A stretch of 64,000 bases of DNA from an uncultured Candidatus Saccharibacteria bacterium (GTDB lineage Bacteria; Patescibacteriota; Minisyncoccia; UBA6257; GWB1-50-10), in contig CAYISA010000002.1 of the NCBI GenBank assembly GCA_964365955.1, positions 23,329 through 87,328 on the forward strand, written 5' to 3'. This document shows positions 58,994-64,000 of this stretch, in pieces. The position numbers were made by a program, and so were the translations under genes. The first letter of the stretch is position 1; each line of letters begins with the position of its first letter. The notes under the pieces were generated by a model. That model made no database searches. It was not told the origin of the DNA and saw nothing but the letters and a program-made list of their open reading frames with translations.

Positions 58994-59938
58994 ATGTTGT
59001 CCCGCACACTATTTTTAACTACTCTGTCGCTCGTTTTTTCACTCTCTCTTACGGGAGTTTTTCCGGCTTTCGTACAGGCGCAGGATAATCCGGTGCAAAA
59101 AGCGACACAGGATATCAAAAACACCTTAGGCGATCTGGTCGCGGCAAAAGACGAAAATGCCGGGAACGAACTCCGCCTTCGCGTGGATACGTTCCGTAAG
59201 GTGCTCGAGCTGTCGCTTGTGGAAGCAAAAGAATTCAAAGCGAATATCGTGGTGATGGACACGGGAAAAATAAAGGAAATAGAGCGCTGGAAGGATAGCG
59301 CCTTGCAGATACTTGATGCCGCACAGAGCTATTTTGGAGATGAACAGGAGTGGCTCGACCTCAATTCAAAAACAATCGACCTTACTGGCATCAAGGTAGC
59401 CGCCACAAAGTTCAAAGAATGGCGAGAAAAGAACTATCTAGAAACCGCGGACCAGGTTCAGGCATTTCTTTTAATCGCGCAAGAAGCCCAAGCGATCAAA
59501 ACCGCCGAAAAACGCCTCCAGAAGGTGGCGGAGGAGATAAAAAAGATATTAAAAACACGAGCGGGAAGCAAAAAAACCAAAGAATTATCGGGATTTTTGG
59601 CAGCTGCGGTGAATTTGATTACGGACGCGAGATCCATAAACGAGGACGCTGGGAACGTTTTCTTCCAAAATTATGTGCTACCGCTTATCGCGACCTCCTC
59701 CACTGCCACCTCAACACTGCCGATTGCCACCAGCACGTCTCCCCTCTCAACCTCCACATTGGAAACCGCTTCTTCTACATCCACTTCGACATCTACAGTG
59801 AGCGGAGACATTCCCCCGCTTCCCCCCTCCCCCGCGCTATCAATCAAAGAAAAAGTGATTGCGTCGCTTACAAAAATCAGAGACGCGTATCAGGTCTTTA
59901 TTGATATGAGCAACTCTGTGAGGGACTTGCTCAAGTAA
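58994..59938 (+). CDS. secreted helical protein with Thr/Ser-rich segment
   Basis: Signal peptide; ATSSTATST...STSTST tract. Confidence 0.7.
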   Translation: MLSRTLFLTTLSLVFSLSLTGVFPAFVQAQDNPVQKATQDIKNTLGDLVAAKDENAGNELRLRVDTFRKVLELSLVEAKEFKANIVVMDTGKIKEIERWKDSALQILDAAQSYFGDEQEWLDLNSKTIDLTGIKVAATKFKEWREKNYLETADQVQAFLLIAQEAQAIKTAEKRLQKVAEEIKKILKTRAGSKKTKELSGFLAAAVNLITDARSINEDAGNVFFQNYVLPLIATSSTATSTLPIATSTSPLSTSTLETASSTSTSTSTVSGDIPPLPPSPALSIKEKVIASLTKIRDAYQVFIDMSNSVRDLLK

Positions 59939-59940
59939 CT

Positions 59941-59975
59941 AACTAAAACCCCCGGAATTGTCCGGGGTTTTAGTT
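59941..59975. terminator. bidirectional terminator
   Basis: AACTAAAACCCCCGGA-ATTG-TCCGGGGTTTTAGTT. Confidence 0.85.
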
Positions 59976-59998
59976 ACTCCTTTTAGAGATAAAGCCAT

Positions 59999-60274
59999 TT
60001 ACTTTACCGCTTCTTTCAAAAGCTTTCCTGCGCGGAACTTTGGCTTGGTGGATGCGGCAATCTGGATCGATTCGCCAGTTTTCGGATTCCGTCCCATGCG
60101 CGCCGCACGTTTCACAACACGGAATACCCCGAATCCTGCGACCGCGACTTCTTCGCCGCGGCTCAATGATTTTACAATAGCATCGAAGACTGCTTCTACC
60201 GCTTCACCACCCTGTTTTTTTGTTTCAATACCTGCCGCTTTCATTACGGCTTCTACAAGACCATCTTTTTTCAT
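59999..60274 (-). CDS. hup: DNA-binding protein HU
   Basis: GFGVF, RAARMGRNPKTGE, PKFRAGK. Confidence 0.95.
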   Translation of the reverse strand: MKKDGLVEAVMKAAGIETKKQGGEAVEAVFDAIVKSLSRGEEVAVAGFGVFRVVKRAARMGRNPKTGESIQIAASTKPKFRAGKLLKEAVK

Positions 60275-60456
60275 AAAATTAAGTGTAGGTTGTCTAATCG
60301 ACCTTTTCAGATTCGGCTTCAGTATAGCAAATAAGGAAAATCAAGCAAAAACAGGCCTGTCCACAAGGTGTGGAGCGAGATTTTTTGAAAAAGCTTGAAA
60401 ATAAAGGGATTTCTAAGGTCCTTATTTCAATTGATTTTCTTACACTTTTTGTACTA

Positions 60457-60485
60457 TTGACAAATTAGGATATTAGGAGTATACT
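60457..60485 (+). promoter_or_regulatory. near-consensus sigma70 promoter
   Basis: TTGACA-N17-TATACT. Confidence 0.75.
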
Positions 60486-60534
60486 TACACCAGAATCGAT
60501 TAACAATTTCATTCACTAACTTTTTGGAGGTTGT

Positions 60535-60774
60535 ATGGCTTTGATCCGTGTAACGGTAACTGAAAAATCTGGGCCTTCCCATGTCGTATCCAACATGGAA
60601 ATGCCGATCGTTCCTTTTCTAGATCTTATACTCATTGACGCCTATGGAAAGAAAACTTGCGTTACAAAAGTTTCTTGTCTACTTTCTGACTTCAGCAAAG
60701 GACAGGGCTTGGGTTATCGCGAAAGAGACCCGTATGGGAACGCGATCCAAATCGAATGCGAACCCGTAAAGTAA
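60535..60774 (+). CDS. small hypothetical protein
   Basis: GGAGG SD, own promoter, hairpin terminator at ~60797-60821. Confidence 0.6.
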   Translation: MALIRVTVTEKSGPSHVVSNMEMPIVPFLDLILIDAYGKKTCVTKVSCLLSDFSKGQGLGYRERDPYGNAIQIECEPVK

Positions 60775-60836
60775 AATGGTTTTCCATCCTCACAATCCCC
60801 CGCCTAACCGCGGGGTTTTTTATAAACTCTCTGTAA

Positions 60837-60974
60837 CTTTCTCTGTTGTCTCAAATCACCAGAATCATTTTTCTCCAGCGGAAAAATGTTCTTTCCGCTC
60901 GGTTGATTTATTTCGCCAAGGCGGAAACCAAGCTAAATCAACCTGCGCGATATGCTTTGAGGCAACAGAGAAAG
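60837..60974 (-). repeat. structured repeat element copy B
   Basis: 19-nt arms with 18/19 complementary; 44-nt core 37/44 identical to copy A (opposite orientation). Confidence 0.85.
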
Positions 60975-60987
60975 CCGTGACATAAGA

Positions 60988-61135
60988 AGCAACCGCATAG
61001 TTTTGAGGAAGCTCTCGGAGGCAAAAAAGATTGGTTCCGCCCGCAAAGTGCGGGTGGATTTTTTGCCGAGAGGGCAGACCGCCTTCCGCCGCTGGAGCGG
61101 GAGGACGGTCGGTTCCGAAAAGCTATGCGGTTGCT
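60988..61135 (+). repeat. structured repeat element copy C
   Basis: 13-bp perfect outer stem; shares GTTTTGAGGAA, GGTTCCGAAAA and CCGCTGGAG with copy A. Confidence 0.85.
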
Positions 61136-61138
61136 GGT

Positions 61139-62662
61139 CTACCTAGCAAACTCCACCGCTTTTGTTTCGCGTATTACCGTAACTTTTATCTCCCCCGGAT
61201 AATTTACCTCCGTCTGAATTTTTCCCGCGATTTTCTTGGCCAGTTCAATCGCGCCGAAATCGTCTATTTTCTCCGGCACCACGAATACCCTCACTTCCCG
61301 CCCGGCCGCCACCGCATACGCTTGTTTCACACCCTCAAAGCTGGATGTTACTTTTTCGATATCTTCCAAGCGCTTCAGGTATTTCTCTAGTGTATCGCGC
61401 CGCGCTCCGGGCCGCGCCGCAGAAATTGCATCCGCCGCCGCTACAATATAGGACTCCGGCGTGGAGTACGGATACTCGTCGTGATGTGCTTCCATGCCTT
61501 TAATAACTGCGTCTTCAATGCCGTATTTTTTTAAGAGTTTCCGCCCCAGTTCCACATGCGTACCTTCCACTTCATGGTCAATCGCTTTTCCGATATCGTG
61601 TAAAAGAGCCGCTTTTTTGGTAACGGCTACGTTAATGCCTAGCTCCGCCGCCATCATTCCGGCAATATGCGTCATTTCAAGGGAGTGCTGTAGCACGTTC
61701 TGGCCATAGCTGGTGCGATAATTCAGGCGACCCACCAGATAATTCAGCTCTTTCGGAAGATCCAGAATCCCCACCTCATAGGCGGCATCCTCGCCAATTT
61801 TGCGGATATGTTCTTCCAACTGATTTTTTGCTTCCTCAACTTTTTCTTCAATCTTTGCCGGTTGAATACGGCCGTCTTTAATCAGTTTTTCAAGCGCGAG
61901 TTTTGCAAGTTCGCGGCGCATAGGATCAAACGAAGAAAGTACAATTGCGTCCGGCGTCTCATCTACAATCACCTCAACACCCGTTAAACGCTCGAAGGCG
62001 CGGATATTTCGTCCTTCGCGCCCGATGATTTTCCCTTTCAAGTCTTCGCTTGGGATCTGCACCGATGTGGTGGTAATGTCCGGGATATAATCACGCGCAT
62101 AGCGTTGAATAGCGCCAGTGATAATATCCAGACTTTTTGCCTCGATCGCATCGCGACGTTCCCGCTCAAGCCGCGCGAGTGTCTCCCCCATTTCTTTCCG
62201 GTTCGATTCTTCAAGATCACGGAACAGTTTTTCTCGCGCTTCTTCTTTAGAGAGTCCTGCAACGCGTTCCAGCTCCAACGACGCTTGCGTTTCGCGCTCT
62301 TTAAGCGTTATTTCAAACGTACCCAGACGCTCCCCTTCGTGACGAAGGCGGGCGGATTCGCTGTCCAAACGACCCCGCTCTTTATCGAGCGTGTCCTCTT
62401 TTTTGACCAACCGCTCCTCCATCTTGCGAAGCTCTTCGCGCCGCTCGCGCTCTTCTTTTTGCGCGTCCGCGACAATCGACGCCGCTTTTTCTTTCGCGGC
62501 TACAAGCGCTTCTTTTGCTTGGGCGTTAGCGGCCTCGAGCTCCTTTTTGGATTTCTCTTCGAGTGATCCTTGGACGCGCTTGGCGACCCAGAATCGTGAA
62601 AGATATCCGATTGCGATACCCACTACCGCTAAACCGCCTGTAATCCAGGTGGCTTGATCCAT
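61139..62662 (-). CDS. rny: ribonuclease Y
   Basis: N-terminal TM, coiled coil, KH (KGKIIGREGRNIR), HD (LLHDIGKA), RPGAR. Confidence 0.97.
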   Translation of the reverse strand: MDQATWITGGLAVVGIAIGYLSRFWVAKRVQGSLEEKSKKELEAANAQAKEALVAAKEKAASIVADAQKEERERREELRKMEERLVKKEDTLDKERGRLDSESARLRHEGERLGTFEITLKERETQASLELERVAGLSKEEAREKLFRDLEESNRKEMGETLARLERERRDAIEAKSLDIITGAIQRYARDYIPDITTTSVQIPSEDLKGKIIGREGRNIRAFERLTGVEVIVDETPDAIVLSSFDPMRRELAKLALEKLIKDGRIQPAKIEEKVEEAKNQLEEHIRKIGEDAAYEVGILDLPKELNYLVGRLNYRTSYGQNVLQHSLEMTHIAGMMAAELGINVAVTKKAALLHDIGKAIDHEVEGTHVELGRKLLKKYGIEDAVIKGMEAHHDEYPYSTPESYIVAAADAISAARPGARRDTLEKYLKRLEDIEKVTSSFEGVKQAYAVAAGREVRVFVVPEKIDDFGAIELAKKIAGKIQTEVNYPGEIKVTVIRETKAVEFAR

Positions 62663-62799
62663 AAACGAAAATGTTAGTTAAAACTATTGTTGATTGCATC
62701 GACTTTAAAATGCTTCTTTAGTATAACGCGAAGCGCGTCGCGGGGTCAAATAAAAAGGAATGAAAAAATAATCTACCTAAAGTACAATAAAGGAACCTT

Positions 62800-64000
62800 A
62801 TGAAACGTACCTGCGTGCTGGTGGTGCTGGACGGGTGGGGAATCGGTGAACCCGATGCTTCAAACCCCATTCATGTGGCGGATCTGCCCACCATCAAATT
62901 CATTGAAACCAACTTCCCTGCCGGAACCCTGCAGGCCTCCGGCATCACGGTGGGGCTCCCCTGGGAAGAAGAAGGAAACAGCGAGGTGGGGCACTTAACG
63001 CTTGGCGCCGGAAAAATCCTCTATCAGTATTATCCCCGCATCTCGCTTGCGGTGCGTAATAAAAATTTCTTTACGCTTCCCCGCCTGAAGCAGGTATTTG
63101 CGCACGCAAAAAAAACCGGCGGCTCAGTGCATCTGGCAGGACTTTTGACTACTGGAAACGTCCACGCCGCGTGGGAACACCTGGACGCGCTCCTTGAAAT
63201 GGCGAAGCGCGAAACGTGCGCGTCGCTGTTCCTGCATATTTTTACCGACGGACGCGACAGCGATCCGCACTCCGCAAAAAGATTGATAGAAAAACTGGAA
63301 GAAACCGCGAAGGCGAAGGGGGTCGGGAAAATCGCGAGTGTGGTGGGGCGATATTACGCGATGGATCGCGACCGGCATTTTGAACGGACGAAGGAAGCGT
63401 ACGAACTCTTGGTACGCGGCAAAGGATTTGTGCGTCCAATCGAAGAATCAATCCAAAAAGTGTACAGCAAAGATCTAAACGACGAATATATTGAACCAAC
63501 GGCGCCGAACGGACCCATGCCTGTAAAAAACGGCGACGCGCTTCTATTCTTCAACTTTCGCGAAGATCGCATGCGGCAGTTAAGCGAACCGTTTTTAAAT
63601 CCTAAATTCAGCCAGTTTCCCATAGAACAGTTCAAGGATCTTTTTATCGCCACCATGACCGAATACCACAAAGAAATTCCCGGGTATGAAGTATTCGACC
63701 GCGAAATGGTGAACGAGCCGCTTGGAAAGACGCTTGCGGACGCCGAAAAAACCCAGCTCCGCATCGCGGAGACGGAAAAATACGCCCACGTTACTTATTT
63801 TTTCAACGGCTTGCGGGAAGAACCGTTCCCCAACGAATACCGCATTTTGATTCCTTCGCAGTCCGTCTCGCGCCATGATGAGCGCCCCGAAATGATGGCG
63901 ACCGCGATTACCGATCGCGCGATCTCCACCCTGCAGGAAGGGAGCACAGATTTTATTTTAGTGAACTACGCGAATGCCGATATGGTGGCGCACACCGGAA
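62800..64000 (+). CDS. gpmI: 2,3-BPG-independent phosphoglycerate mutase (runs off window; missing from ORF track)
   Basis: MKRTCVLVVLDGWG, GNSEVGH, TDGRD, GRYYAMDRD, NFREDR, AETEKYAHVT, NYANADMVAHTG. Confidence 0.95.
   Translation, partial: MKRTCVLVVLDGWGIGEPDASNPIHVADLPTIKFIETNFPAGTLQASGITVGLPWEEEGNSEVGHLTLGAGKILYQYYPRISLAVRNKNFFTLPRLKQVFAHAKKTGGSVHLAGLLTTGNVHAAWEHLDALLEMAKRETCASLFLHIFTDGRDSDPHSAKRLIEKLEETAKAKGVGKIASVVGRYYAMDRDRHFERTKEAYELLVRGKGFVRPIEESIQKVYSKDLNDEYIEPTAPNGPMPVKNGDALLFFNFREDRMRQLSEPFLNPKFSQFPIEQFKDLFIATMTEYHKEIPGYEVFDREMVNEPLGKTLADAEKTQLRIAETEKYAHVTYFFNGLREEPFPNEYRILIPSQSVSRHDERPEMMATAITDRAISTLQEGSTDFILVNYANADMVAHTG

Noticed and set aside
60837-61135. Elements B/C as integron attC sites or a CRISPR array
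   Set aside because: No RYYYAAC/GTTRRRY ends, no integrase, no identical repeats with spacers, no cas genes seen
60776-61390. ORFs 60776-60985 and 61031-61390
   Set aside because: They overlie a terminator, the structured repeats and antisense rny

Overview
Chromosomal segment that looks like a Patescibacteria/CPR (Parcubacteria-like) genome; the taxonomy is inferred from gene style, not searched. About 0.3-32.4 kb is a large, visibly AT-richer surface-glycan locus: GT2/GT4 glycosyltransferases, seven methyltransferases, a GDP-heptose-type pathway with its own transaldolase, gmd/per and an O-antigen-ligase-like O-OTase. It lies directly downstream of an 1111-aa S-layer-like gene. The right half holds housekeeping genes (clpB, htrA, iscS, arfB, znuCB, ECF sigma, HU, rny, gpmI), five tRNAs and many singleton orphan genes. 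Main findings: (1) three copies of an unannotated ~140-150 bp multi-stem element with conserved loops and covarying stems, one inserted in frame in iscS and two as an inverted pair right after rny; (2) a second palindromic in-frame insert in iscS; (3) a probable remote DGR target gene with no RT/TR in the window; (4) an ArfB with GGS instead of GGQ; (5) leaderless or SD-less core genes versus orphan genes with full promoter, SD and terminator, plus a recurring AAAGGTC(G/A)A leader motif.
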